DNA of 64,000 bases, taken from positions 25,608,001 through 25,672,000 of the forward strand of contig CM059433.1 of the NCBI GenBank assembly GCA_030390025.1, written 5' to 3'. Under the pieces are notes generated by a model, which made no database searches, was not told the DNA's origin, and saw nothing but the letters and a program-made list of their open reading frames with translations. The stretch comes from Squalus acanthias. Taxonomy: Eukaryota. Below, one piece after another: positions 23,200 to 37,104 of the stretch (its first letter is position 1; each line of letters opens with the position of its first letter). A program made the position numbers and the translations under genes.

Positions 23200-26100
23200 T
23201 TAATTTACAATTCATAAATTTACAAATTTACAAGTCATGTTGAAAAATTGATCAGTTTGATGCTAAGAAGAGGAGGTGGAGAACGATCAGGGCCTGTGTG
23301 TTTAGGCTTCATTCTGATGGCAACAGCAGCAGTTCCTTAGGCAGCTGATCCACCAGGGGAGTCTCTGGGCAGGTCAGACACGTTCTGACTGTTGGAGAAG
23401 TAAAGTTGAAAAGGCCGCTGCAGGTGCTCGGAGCTGCTCCTGGGGATTGTGGAAGAAGGACTCACAATCCATGGAAGTGATCCTGTTGGGGAAATCTTGA
23501 ACCAACTGTCATGAAAGGTCCTTTAGGAGGTCCATGTAGTTCCCGTTGGGCACCCTTAGATGGTTCTTGATTAATGAGGAACTTCGGCCGATCCAATGAG
23601 GAGGACAACCAGTTGCAGTGCTGAGCTACAAGACGTGGTGATCTCCTCACTCGTTCCGTCCAGGTGCAACAACAAATGCTCAAGGTTGGAATGGATCTGT
23701 CAGTAGAAGGAGGATCTGGAACCTCAGATTCCACATTTGGTCAAGTTCCCCAACATGCTGAACGGTTCAGCCCGCACTTGATCACACTCGCCGTAGAAGA
23801 GTGGTTGAATGCTGGCGAGGATTCTCTTCACAAAGGGTTGGATGGCACTTGCTCTCTATTTAATGATGTTCTTCGACAGGCACGACAGCACCTCAAATGT
23901 TAGCACTTCCTCTTGGTTTTCCTTGGTCCCCAACAGACTAAGCATTGTGCTCATCACTTGAGGAGACCAATAATGGGCTCCAATTGAAATGTTGCCAAGG
24001 TCCCTGACACACAGCAACTGGGCAACTGGACAAGCATCACGCAAACACCTTAGCAATGTGCTCAACAGAGTGTCTGTGAGCTGCAACCGTGAAACTAGCG
24101 GAGATTTTAACAGCTCTTCAAAGAAGGAAGCCACGGTGACGGCCTGACAGTTTTGGATGGTATGGATCTGAGCTGCCAGCTCTTTCACAATGCCAGGCAG
24201 GCTGATGCCAGCATATTGAACATTAGTGAACCAGATGGGTGACCACCGCACAGTCATTATGGAGACGAAGTCTCGTATTCACACTGAGGACACATTCCAT
24301 CGTGCTGTGTGGCACTACCACCGTGCTAAATGGGATAGATTCAGAACAGATCTAGCAGCTGAAAACTGGGCATCCGTGAGGTGTTGTGGGCCATCAGCAG
24401 CAGTAGAATTGTATTCCATCACAATCTGTAACCTCATGGCCCGGCATATCCCTCACTCTACTATTACCATCAAGCCAGGAGACCAACCCTGGTTCAACAA
24501 TGAGTGTAGAAGAGCATGTCAGGAGCAGCACCAGGCGTACCTAAAAACGAGGTGCCAACCTGGAGAAGCTGCAACACAGGGCTACATGCATGCTAAAAAG
24601 CAGAAGCAGCATGCTGTAGACAGCGATCCCACAATCAACAGATCAGATCAAAGCTCTGCAGTCCTGCCACATCCAGTCGTGAATGGTGGTGGACCATTAA
24701 AAACTAACTGGAGGAGGAGGCTCCATGAATATCCCCATCCTCAATGATGGTGGAGCCCACAACGTGACTGCAAAAGACAAGGCTGAAGCGTTTGCAACCA
24801 TCTTCAGCCAGAAGTGCCGAATGGATGATCCATATCAACCTACTCCTGAGGTCCCTACCATCACAGAAGCCAGTCTTCAGCCAATTCGATTCACTCCACG
24901 TGATATCAAGAAACGGCTGAGCGCACTGGATACAGCAAAGGCTATGGGCCCCGACAACATTCCAGCTATCGTGCTGAAGACTTGTGCTCCAGAACAAGCC
25001 GCGCCTCTAGCCAAGCTGTTCCAGTACAGCTACAATACTAGCATCTATCCGACAATGTGGAAAACTGCCCAGGTACGTCCTGTCCACAAAAAATGGACAA
25101 ATCCAATCCGGCCAATTATCGCCCCTTCAGTCTACTCTCAATCATCAGCAAATAGATGGATGGTGTCATCGACAGTGCTATCAAGCGGCAATTACTCACC
25201 AATAACCTGCTCACTGATGCCCAGTTTGGGTTCCGCAAGACCACTCGGCTCCCGACCTCATTACAGCATTGGTCCAAACATGGACAAAGGAGCTGAATTC
25301 CAGAGGTGAGGTGAGAGTTACCACCCTTGACATCAAGGCAGCATTTGACCGAGTGTGACATCAAGGAGCCATAGTGAAACTGAAGTCAATGGGAATCGGG
25401 GGGAAAACTCTCCACTGGCTGAAGTCTTACCTAGCACAAAGGAAGGTGGTTGTGGTGGTTGAAGGTCAATCAAAACAGCCCCAGGACATCGCTGCAGGAG
25501 TTCCTCAGGGCAGTGTCCTAGGCTCAACCATCTTCAGCTGCTTCATCAATGACCTTCCCTCCAACATAAGGTCAGAAATGGGGATGTTCGCTGATGACTG
25601 CACAATGATCAGTGCCATTCACAACTCCTCAGATAATGAAGCAGTCCAAGCCCGCATGCAACAAGACCTGGACGACACACCATCCTGACTTGGAAGTATA
25701 TCTCCGATCCTTCCCAACAGCACTGTGGGAGTACCTTCACCACATGGACTGCAGCGGTTCAAGAAGGCAGCTCACCACCACCTTCTCAAGGGCAATTAGG
25801 GATGGACAATAAATACTGGCCTTGCCAGTGACACCCACATCCCCTAAATGAATTAAAAGTTTAAAATTTGCACCATCGCTCTGGCCAGCAATTCAACACC
25901 CTTGTCAAATATGCGGAGGTTCTTCATCTGGTCCCATCCTCCACTGTTCACCATGTAAGTAGCTATTTCTTTATTATTTGTCGAAGCTAGCGGGTCCTTT
26001 AGTGTCCTCACACAGTTCACACACACATCTCTACATTTAGGTGTTTGAAGCTCAGCTGAGAATTGTCTCTTGTTCAATTTATCATCAGGAGTAAAACCAT

Positions 26101-29060
26101 TGAGCAGAGAAACATTAACGCAAGATTTGCAATGAATGAGCAGGGTGCTGAATAACTGCGGGAATAATGTAATCATCGCCTTTACTGACTTGGACTTAGT
26201 TATGATCTGCCACAGCCCACAAATGGCAGCAAGGGATTCAAGGTTGAATACTGTGGCGCTTTCTCACTGACAGGTTCTGCTCATTGCAAATGGTAACTGC
26301 TCTTTCAGTGTGTCCAGCAGCTCTCCCATTCTACTCATGGCACATTCTGTGTCCTCAGCCAGTGATCTCCACATGTCACTGATGTACTTGTCCAAAGGGA
26401 CAGGGTAGTTGAGGAGACAGGCACAACAGTTGCTGTGTTGTGTGAGCCAGAATTGCGATACTACGCAGAACTGAAAGTTTCACCTGCTCATAAGGAATTG
26501 ACTGCAATTGAAGCCTCAGCACGTCAATGATCTCCGAGGCCTGGTCCGGAAGTTCACTGCCTCGTCTATTAATGGTGGTTTGCATGAGAACAGCAGCTGC
26601 ATTGGAATAGCTGGGGTGTTGGTCTGACAGTCCTTTGAAGACCATGAAGATTAAGTTGTCCAGCTGGTCACAGGGCAATCATTTGAAAATGACCTCTGTG
26701 ATTTGAGAGCATGATTGAAAGAGGACTGAAGTGTCAGGGTTAACTAACTGTTCTCTGACTCTTTTCAGTACCTCTAACTGCTCCGTTTGCTGAACCAGAT
26801 TGGTGCCTTCACACGACAAATGAATGGCCAGGATTATGTACAAAGTGTCCAGGGACATCTGTCAAACGGGAAGCGATGGGTCTGCACAACGTGGCATCAG
26901 TCATCCAATCAGAGTCCCCGTGTTAATTTCAGGCGCTACATTACTAAGATTGAGCTTCCTCCAGTAAAGTTTCAGAAGCTCTAAGGTCGTTTCCATGGCT
27001 CTCTCTCGTTCATAGTCTTTTGTTGAAATGATCCGGGCTTCTACATGATTGAAAATGGCCTCAAGTCCTTGAGGGGACAGGTCCTGAAATAATATTTGCT
27101 TCAGAAGATTTTGCAGCAAATCTGTGATTTGGATATAAAGTGTCGCTCATTCCTTTGTATTATCATTTGTGTCCAGGTCATTGTTCAGTTCTGGAGGTAC
27201 CAAGCCGAAAGTACTGGTCAGGCAGCTTTGAATCAATTGGCAGGTGTCAGCTTGGTTTGTTTCAGTGTGTAGTTGCACGAGATGCGTGCAGGCGTTCATG
27301 GCTAACTGTCGAACAGGGCTCGGCCTCGATAAGATCCTGCATGTATGTAAGCAGCACCCTGTTTCTGATAAATTGATGGGAATTTTCCAGAGATTTAAAT
27401 ATAAGGATCAGGCTATCTGAGTCACAGTCTGTATTAGGCTGAGCTTTAGTGTGAGATCCCTGGATTCAGCCTTTATCCCCTGCCTACTTGTAATTAAATG
27501 ACTAACAGCTGGCAGAATGTGGCTCTCGATGTTGAACAGCAGTTCCTCAGGTGCACAGACTGCCATGCTCCCTTCACACAGAACCAGTGTGCTCTTGACA
27601 TTATCCGATTCCTCCTTGAGCCTGAATCTGTTGGAGTTAGCAAACTCCTCCAGGCTACTGAGCGTATCATCAAAATGTGCCTTGGCACAGAAACCAATGA
27701 TGAAGGCTGTTCCCTATCTCTCCGCACTCTCACTGTGCTGCACACTCAGTAGCATTTGGTGAAGCTCCTCCTTTACGTTCTTAGTGTGGGTCTGGCAGAG
27801 CACTGACGCAAAAGATTAATACAGAAAGCCCTTCTCTTGTGGGGAATGATGGTTAGTGTTGATCTGTTTTGATGTTTCATTAGCGAGCTGACATGTCCAT
27901 TCCTCGTCATCAATCGTATTTAAAGCTAGGCACAAGACAGCCAATAATTTGTTCTCCCATTTCAACTGGGTCAGAGACTCCTCTGAATTTTCCAGTAAAT
28001 GGTCAACTAATGGTGCAAGCTCCTCTTCCCACCACCTCACTGATTCTGGGTGGATATTGAGACTCAGAACTTTCAGCACACTCAGTGCTGCAGCTCCTCG
28101 GCCTCCTCCCTGATACAGGCAACAAGTCACAATGAGGAACCGGGTCAGCAGTGCCTGGGCTTTAGGGAGATTGGCATCTTCATTGTAAGTAAGGGAAAAG
28201 CTTTCACTACCGGCTCGCAGTTTCTTTTTCCCCAATATGTGCTGAACAACTACAGATTATTGTTAAAGCCTTGGTATACTGGGACATAGTGACAAACTCC
28301 AGTAAGGATGGTCAAAGGACATCCTCCATCTTCACTGCAGTTGTGATCAAACACATCACTCTTTCACACAGTATAACTAATTCTTCATCTGTTACTGGGT
28401 GTGGCTGATGATTGGGTGGTACCAGGGTCCCTGAACCAACTGGTACAGCACACTGTTGGATGAGGAATTACACCTTTGCCTTTCCTCCCTCTGGCTCAAG
28501 GTAACCTTGCTGGGCCATGACAGATATTACGTGGGCAATTAGCTTCTTCTCCTGATTGCTGCTCTTATCTAGAAGTACTGGTTTTATTGCAAACACAATC
28601 TGAGCCATCTTCTTCTCCAAGTGTGCTGAGACCGATGTGATGAGGTGTTTTTGTACAGTGAGTGTTCCTACTCTCATTTGTTGGTCAGCGTTCTCCAACT
28701 GAGATAAGAAAAATTCCACCATTTTGTCTGCATAAGCTGGGGCCAGAACTCTGAAACAGCGAAGGATCTCAGTCTGGTTCTTCACAGCAAGATCATCAGT
28801 AGACTCCAGCGAAACACAAATCTGCTGGTGGAGCTTGTTAAGCAGGATGTCCATTTGTGTTTTTAGCCCGAGACACATTATCTCTGTCACAACATCCATC
28901 TCATGCAGAAATGCACAGTTTGTACCACTTTGCTGTATTTTGTCCACCCCTGGGTTTCTGTGTTGTCATGGTTTTCATTGTGAGGCAGGGTTACATAACC
29001 CCTCAGTTGTGATGAGGTCATGGGTCATGTGCCCATATAAGTCCTGCCAGATGTTTGTGG
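23200..29060 (-). pseudogene. MROH1: Intronless MROH1-like pseudogene, unit 3
   Basis: ORF fragments 28468-28947, 27816-28235, 26901-27119, 26376-26678, 25853-26176 and 23856-24220. Confidence 0.9.
24219..25866 (+). mobile_element. CR1/L2-group LINE, type A, unit 3
   Basis: Same junctions and internal deletion as unit 2. Confidence 0.9.
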
Positions 29061-29988
29061 CAGTTTAAGGTGGGTGGTGGGGTTTAAGGCCCAGACCTGA
29101 GATACAGACCATACGGACAAGGCAACATTCAAAACCCTTGGCAGCCATATTGGATTGAGCAGCTGTTTGTTCCTAATAAAGAACTCACAGCACCATAGAC
29201 ACTCAGAGTACTTGTGACAAAAGATGTAGAAATGGGAGTGTAGGACAGACCTTTCCAGCAGAATTGCCCCAAATTGGGATGTTCATTGTCAGGCATTGAA
29301 GCTGCTTAATGATGTCATCAGGAAGTTGCTGTGACATCAGAGCGGTCCGGTGTGACATCAGAGCGGTCCATTGTGACACTTGTTCCACTCGTCTCTCCTT
29401 TAAACCCTTGTTGTCTATTGCCTCCCACCCCAGATTTCTCACCAACAAATCCTCCCTGTTTTCCTCCTTCAGCCTCTGCACTCAGTGACTCCTCATCCTC
29501 GGACATTTCAATCTCCATCTCAACTCCCCTTATCCTTTCTCCTCCGATTTTACTGCCCTCCTGTTGTCCCTTAAACACTCCTACCCATCACGTCCACCCC
29601 TCTACTTTGCCATCTCTCCTGGTCTCACTACTTGCATGGTCTCAATCACTGACAAGGCCATGTCTGACCATTGATTTTATCACCCGTAACACCCCCATCA
29701 CCTTCCAACCTTATTTTCATCTGCGTCCACACCTGCAAAAAACCCTCTTACAGGAAGATACGTACACTAGGAACAGAAGGAGGCCATTCAGCCCCTTGGG
29801 TGTGCTCCGCCATTCAATTAGATCATGGCTGATCTGTACCTCAACTCCATTTACCCAACTTTACTCGATATGCCTTCATAACCTTCCCTAAGAAAAATCT
29901 ATCAATCTGATTTCACTGATCAATGATTCATGTCACACCATTATGTAGCACCTATTCAGATAGAGGTCTGTACCTCACCACTCGGTCA

Positions 29989-31546
29989 GCAACAACAACT
30001 ACTAACATTAATATAGCGTCTTTAAAGCAGTAAAATGTCCCAAGGTGCTTCACAGGAGTTTTATAACACAAAATTTGATACCGAGGGTTAAATTAAGGTG
30101 AAATTAGGGCAGATGACCGAAAGCTTGGTCAAAGAGGTAGGTTTTAAAGAGCATCTTAATGGAAGAAAGAAATGTAGAGAGGTGGAGAGGTTTAAGCAGG
30201 GAATTCCAGAGCTTGGGGCCTTGGCAGCTGAAGGCATAGCCACCAATGGTTGAGCTATTAAATTTAGGGATGCTCTTGAATCCAGATTTAGGGGAGTGCA
30301 GATATCTCGGGGTGGAGGGCGCCGGGGTGATTGTGGGGCTGGAGGAGATTACAGAGATAGGGAGGGGTGAGGCCATCGATGGATTTGAAAACGAGGAGAA
30401 TTTTAAAATCAAGGCATTGATTAACCGGGAGCCAATGTAGTTCAGCGAGCACAGGGGTGATGGGTGAACGGGACTTGGTGAGAATTAGGACACAGGCAGC
30501 CAAGTTTTGGATGACCTCAAGTTTACATAGGGTAGAACGTTGGAGGCTAGCCATGAGTGCATTGGAATAGTCAAGTCTAGAGGTAACAAAGGCATGGATG
30601 AGGATTTCAGCAACAGATGAGCTGAGGCAGGGGCGGAGTTGGGTGATGTTACGGAGGTGGAAATAGGCGGTCTGAGTGAAAGCACGGAAATGTGGCCGAA
30701 AGCTAATTTATGGGTCAAATATGGCACCAAGGTTGTGAAGAGTCTGGATCAGCCTCAGACAGATGCTATGGAGAGGGATGGAGTCAATGGCTAAGGAACA
30801 GAGTTTGTGGTGGGATCTGAAGACAATGGCTTTGGTCTTCCCAATATTTAGTTGGAGGAAATTTCTGCTCATCCAGCACTGGATGCAGTCTGACAATTTA
30901 GAGATTGTGGAGGGGTCGAGAGAAGTGGTGGTGAGGTAGAGCTGGGTGACATCAGCTTACATGTGGAAACTGATGCTGTGTTTTCAGATGATGTCGCCAA
31001 GGGGCAACATGTAGATGAGAAGTAGGAGGGGCCCCAGGATAGATTCCTGGGTGACACCAGATGTAATGATGCGGGAGCGGGAAGAGAAGCCGTTGCAGGT
31101 GATTCTCTGGCTATGATTAGATAGATAAGAATGGAACCAGGCGCGTGCAGTCCCACCCAGCCGGACGACAGTGGAGAGGCATCGGAGGAGGATGGAGTGG
31201 TCAATCATGTCAAAGGCTGCAGACAAGTCAAGAAGGACGAGGAGGGATAGCTTACCTTTGTCACAGTCACATAGGATGTCATTTCTGATTTAGATAAGAG
31301 CCGTTTCAATACTGTGGAAGGGGCAGAAACCTGTTCCAAACATGGAGTTCCGATAAAGATGGGCCCGGATTGGGAACGCAACAACACGTTCAAGGAATTT
31401 GGAGAGTAAAAGGAGGTTGAGATTGGACGGTACTAAGCAAGGACTGAGGGCACAAGGATTGTTTTTTGAGGAAATGGATGATGGCAGCAGATTTGAAAGA
31501 GAGAGAACCATTAACAATATTTGCTAACATGGGAGCCAGAAGAGGG
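29989..31546 (-). mobile_element. 5'-truncated L2 LINE, unit 3
   Basis: L2 RT motifs in ORFs 30984-31226, 30708-30896 and 30288-30554. Confidence 0.9.
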
Positions 31547-32758
31547 TGTTTGTGTGTGTGCTAGGGTGAGGGTATGTGTGTGTGTGTGTGTGTGAGGCTG
31601 AGGGTGTGTGAGGTTGTATGTGTGTGTGTGTATGTGTGAGGGCAAGGGTGTGAGTAGGTTTACCCACCCCCAGTCAAACAGCAGCGGTACCTGCACTGTT
31701 TGAAGAGCGACCGATATTTGCAAAAACAGGAAATCTATTTATTTACAATTCATAAATTTACAAATTTACAAATCATGTTGAAAAATTGATCAGTTTGATG
31801 CTAAATAAAGGAGGTGGCGAACGATCGGGGCCTGTGTGTTTAGGCTTCATTCTGATGGCGACAGCAGCAGTTCCTTAGGCAGCTGTTCCACCAGGTGAGC
31901 CTCTGGGCAGGTCAGACACGTTCTGACTGTTGGAGAAGTAAAATTGAAAAGGCCGCTGCATGTGCTCGGAGCTGCTCCTGGGGGTTGTGGAAGAAGGACT
32001 CGCAATCCATGGCGTAGGAAGTGATCCTGTTGGGGAAATCTTGAACCAATTATCGTGAAAGGTTCTTTAGGAGGTCAATGTAGTTCCCGTTGGGCTCCCC
32101 TAGTTCTTGATTAATGAGGAAGCCTAGGCCGATCCAATGAGGGGGACAACCAGTTGCAGTGTTGAGCTACAAGACCTGGTGACCTCCTCACTCGTTCCGT
32201 CCACGTGCAACAACAAACGCACAAGGTTGGAATGGATCTGTCAGTAGAAGGAGGATCTGGAACCTCCGATTCCACATTTGGTCAAGTTCCCCAACATGCT
32301 GAACAGTTCAGCCCGCACTTGATCACACTCGCCGTCGAAGAGTGGTTGAATGCTGGCGAGGATTTTCTTTACAAAGGGTTGGATGGCACTTGCTCTCTAT
32401 TTAATGATGTTCTTCGACAGGCACGACAGCACCTCAAATGTTAGCACTTCCTCTTGGTTCTCCTTGGCCCCCAACAGACTAAGCATTGTGCTCATCACTT
32501 GAGGAGACCAGTAATGGGCTCCAATTGAAACATTGCCAAGGTCCCTGACACATAGCAACTGGGTAACTGACAAGAATCACGCAAACACCTTAGCAATGTG
32601 CTCATTAGAGTGTCTGTGAGCTGCAGCTGCGACACCAGTGGAGATGTTAACAGCTCTCCAAAGAAGGAAGCCACAGTGACTGCCTGTCAGTCTTGGATGG
32701 TATGGATCTGAGCTGCCAGCTCTTCCACAATGCCAGGCAGGCTGATGCCAGGATATTG

Positions 32759-35700
32759 AACATTAGTGAACCAGATGGGTGACCACCACACAGTCATTGT
32801 GGAGCCGTAGTCCCGTATTCACACTGAGGATGAAGGGATAATTACTAGTCCTAGCCCTTTCGGACCACCCCAGATCAGGCGTATTCCCCAGACATTCACC
32901 TTCAACTGAAGTTTGCGGTAGCCGAATCCTAGAGACGCGTAATTGGGTCTAAAGTTTCAGACTATCTCTCCCTCAAGGAAAGGAACAGCCTGAAGATGTT
33001 ACCGTCCTCTGGATAGCACTTTTAACAAGTTTAACTAGACTGTAACCTTCCGGATATTATGAGGGTCCGGAATACCCCCCAGAATTCTACAACTCCGCTC
33101 TGAATTCTTTTCTATTCTTACTGTCATTTCAGCTGCCAACTTTTAGAATTATGTCTCTACCTTTAGGTGTTTCAAAAACTCATCATTTTTATGGTTATTA
33201 TCGATTTATTTATATGATGCTATTCTTAGGAAATCTTTCTATTGAATTCTTAATATCACTTAACTGCTTGTAAGCCAGACGTCGTGACTCCATGGTGTTC
33301 CAAGTTCAATACGAACACAATGTAATTGCTTGGTGTCATCTGTTGATATTATATTTTCAAAGCCTTCCTATTTGTACATTTTACAACTTGTAAATTGAAA
33401 ACACTTCTCTTAGGGTGTTTACTTGTTTTCTTGCTATCTTAATTGGCTGCATATTTAATCGTGTTTCCTGTTTCTAAGTTTAACATAAAACTATTTTACG
33501 GCAGGTATTTCTTTTACTTGATGTCATTTTTTCAAAGGCACTTGTTTTTTTAATGTTCCGTGCACCTGTTCGACGTGTTAGATTTTGACACTTTACTTGG
33601 GGTTTGCTATTGTTTTGTTCCAAACTCTAGACATTCTGGAAGCGCCAATGGTTTGCTTCAATAGGGGCATTGTTTTTGTGTTTACAAACCAATTCCCATT
33701 TCAAAGCTTGTTTTCACAGCTTTGTGTTAACAAACCATCTTATCTCAGAAGCCTGTATTGTGTTTGCAGCCTGTGTCGCCAAGGCTTTCCAGACTTTTAA
33801 ACTCAGTATGTCATGTATTAATATTATTATAATCTTTTTATAGGATGATGTATTTCTTGGAATATGGCTTATTCCATTACAAGGACACCCTCCATCGTGT
33901 TGCGTGGCACTACCACCGTGCTAAATGGGATAGATTCAGAACAGATCTAGCAGCTGAAAACTGGGCATCCGTGAGGTGCTGTGGGCCATCAGCAGCAGTA
34001 GAATTGTATTCCATCACAATCAGTAACCTCATGGCCTGGCAGGTCACGCACTCTACCATTACCATCAAGCCAGGAGACCAACCCTGGTTCAATAAGGAGT
34101 ATAGAAGAGCATGCCAGGAGCAGCACTAGGCGTACCTAAAAATGAGGTGCCAACCTGGGGAATCTTCAACACAGGACTACATGCATGCTAAAAAGCGGAA
34201 GCAGCATGCTATAGATAGCGATCCCACAATCAACAGATCAGATCAAAGCTCTGCATTCCTGCCACATCCAGTCGTGAATGGTGGTGGACCATTAAACAAC
34301 TAACGGGAGGAGGAGGCTCCAGGAATATCCCCATCCTCAATGATGGTGGAGCCCACCATGTGAGTGCAAAAGACAAGGCTGAAGCATTTGCAACCATCTT
34401 CAGCCAGAAGTGCCGAATGGATGATCCATATCAGCCTACTCCTGAGGTCCCCACCATCACAGAAGCCAGTCTTCAGCCAATTCGATTCACTCCACGTGAT
34501 ATCAAGAAACGGCTGAGCGCACTGGGTACAGCATAGTCTATGGGCCCCGACAACATTCCGGCTATCGTGCTGAAGACTTGTGTTCTAGAACTAGCCACGC
34601 CTCTAGCCAAGCTGTTCCAGTACAGCTACAACACTGGCAGCTATCTGACTATGTGGAAAACTGCCCAGGTATGTCCTGTCCACAAAAAGGAGGACAAATC
34701 CAATCCGCCCAATTACCGTCCCATGAGTCTACACTCAATCATCAGCAAAGTGATGGAAGGTGCCATCGACGGTGCTATCAAGCGGCAATTACTCACCAAT
34801 AACCTGCTCACTGATGCCCAGATTGGGTTCCGCCAAGACCACTCAGCTCCCGACCTCATTACAGTCTTAGTCGAAACATTGACAAAGGAGCTGAATTCCA
34901 GAGGTGAGGTGAGAGTGACTGCACTTGACATCAAGGCAGCATTTGACCGAGTGTGGCATCAATGAGCCCTAGTAAAACTGAAGTCGATGGGAATCAGGGG
35001 GAAACCTCTACACTGGCTGGAGTCTTACCTAGCACAAAGGAAGATGGTTGTGGTGGTTGAAGGTCAATCATCACAGCACCAGGACATCGCTACAGGAGTT
35101 CCTCAGGGCTGTGTCCTAGGCCCAACCATCTTCAGCTGCTTCATCAAAGACCTTCCCTCCAACATAAGGTCAGAAATGAGGATGTTCGCTGATGACTGCA
35201 CAGTGATCAGTGCCATTCACAACTCCTCAGATAATGAAGCAGTCCATGCCCGCATGCAACAATACCTGCATGACGTTCAGGCTTGGGCTGATAAGTGGCA
35301 GGTAACATTCGCGCCACAGAAGTGCCAGGCAATGACTATCTCCAACAAGCGAGAGTCTAACCACTGCCCCTTGTCATTCAACGGCATTACCATCACCGAA
35401 ACCCCCACCATCAACATCCTGGGGGTCACCATTGACCAGAAACTTAACTGGACCAACCAGAAATACTGTGACAACAAGAGCAGGTCAGAGGCTAGGTATT
35501 CTGTGGCGAGTGTCTCACCTCCTGACTCCCCAAAGCCTTTCCACCATCTACAAGGCACAAGTAAGGAGTGTGATGGAATACTCTCCACTTGCCTGGATGA
35601 GTGCAGCTCCAACAACACTCAAGAAGCTCGACACCATCCAGGACAAAGCAGCCTGCTTGATTGGCACTCCATCCACCACCTTAAAAATTCACTCACTCCA

Positions 35701-36090
35701 CCATCGGCGTACCGTGGCTGCAGTGTGTACCATCTACAAGATGGACTGCAGCAACTCGCCAAGTCTTCTTCAGCAGCACCTCCCAAACCTGCGACCTCTT
35801 CCACCTAGAAGGACAAAGGCAGCAGGTGCATGGGAACACCACCACCTCCAAGTTCCCCTCCAAGTCACACACCATCCTGACTTGGAAGTATACCGCCGAT
35901 ACTTCATCATCGCTGTGTCAAAATCCTGGAACTCCCTACCTAACAGCACTGTGGGAGTAACTTCACCACACGGACTGCAGCGGTTCAAGAAGGCAGCTCA
36001 CCACCACCTTCTCAAGGGCAAATAGGGATGGGCAATAAATGCTGGCCTTACCAGCGACACCCACATCCCATAAATGAGTTTAAAAAAAAT
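32759..36090 (+). mobile_element. CR1/L2-group LINE, type B (RT C-terminus retained; solo LTR nested), unit 4
   Basis: Same 5' junction as type A but retains WADKWQVTFAPQKC...LGVTIDQKLNW...YKAQVRSVMEY. Confidence 0.9.
32831..33881 (-). mobile_element. Solo LTR family 2, internally deleted copy (1051 bp)
   Basis: TG...CA termini (tgaaggg...ccattaca) and 4-bp TSD agga. The empty site actgaggacac is present in type A units. About 430 bp shorter than the U7 copy once the U7 MITE is removed. Confidence 0.8.
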
Positions 36091-36339
36091 TTGCACCATT
36101 GCTCTGTCCAGCATTTCAACCCCCTTGTCAAATATGCGGAGGTTCTTCATCTGGTCCCATCCGCCACTGTTCACCATGTAAGTAGCTACTTCTTTATTAT
36201 TTGTCCAAGCTAGCGGGTCCTTTAGTGTCCTCACATGGTTCACACACACATCTCTACATTTAGGTGTTTGAAGCTCAGCTGAGAATTGTCTCTGGTTCGA
36301 TTTATCATCAGGAGTAAAACCATTGAGCAGAGAAACATT

Positions 36340-37104
36340 GGCCCAAAAATTCGGCTGAATACGGGAGAGTACGAACTGTGTACTCTCGCGTATTCAGTCC
36401 CGAAGTGCCGGTTTCCTGCATGCACTGCTCATGCACGGGAAACCGGCACTTCCGGTATGGCGAAGGGGCCGGTTCCTAAGTAAACCGCGTGCGCACTACA
36501 GGCTGTGCGCACGCAGCACACTTAGGTTTTTTTTCAGGTTTCAACGCGAAGGTAAGTATGGAAGATTTTACACATGAAGAAAGGAGGCATAAGACCCCCT
36601 TTTAACAAGGTAAGTAGTTAATTAAGTATTATTTTAAAAAATTTTCAACAGGTTTATCTTTTTTAGAGACTTTAAAGAAAGGTCAGTTTATTTTTATAAC
36701 TTTTAAAAAGAATTTAAATTTTTTCAAAAATTTTAATTTTTGTTTAAAGTGGTTAATTTATTTAACAATAGTTATTTTATTAATGTGATGGTTTTAAAAA
36801 AAAAATTATTTGAGGTTTAGCTGTTCTTTTGGGGGCAGGTTGTATTCATAGTTTTGACAGTTCTCCTGTCAAATCTATGAATGAAAGATGGTGTGCTGCC
36901 ATTGGCTCTCCATGGCCCACGTGACCCCAGAGGTCGCATCGAACTAACTGCGCCTCAGGGAAACGCACACACTGCGCGCCGGCAACAGGGAGAGGCCCAG
37001 GAGCTGAAGTTCGTGTGGGCCCGAAACACAACGGCCGGCGCGGATTGCGATATCGCGGGGGATCCTTACCCCCGCGGCAAGCCTCCGAGTCAAATTTCTG
37101 GGCC
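36340..37104. mobile_element. 765-bp PIF/Harbinger-type MITE in the unit-4 pseudogene
   Basis: TIRs ggcccaaaaatt...aatttctgggcc and 3-bp TSD att (empty site gaaacattaac). GC-rich subterminal hairpins and an AT-rich core. Confidence 0.85.
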
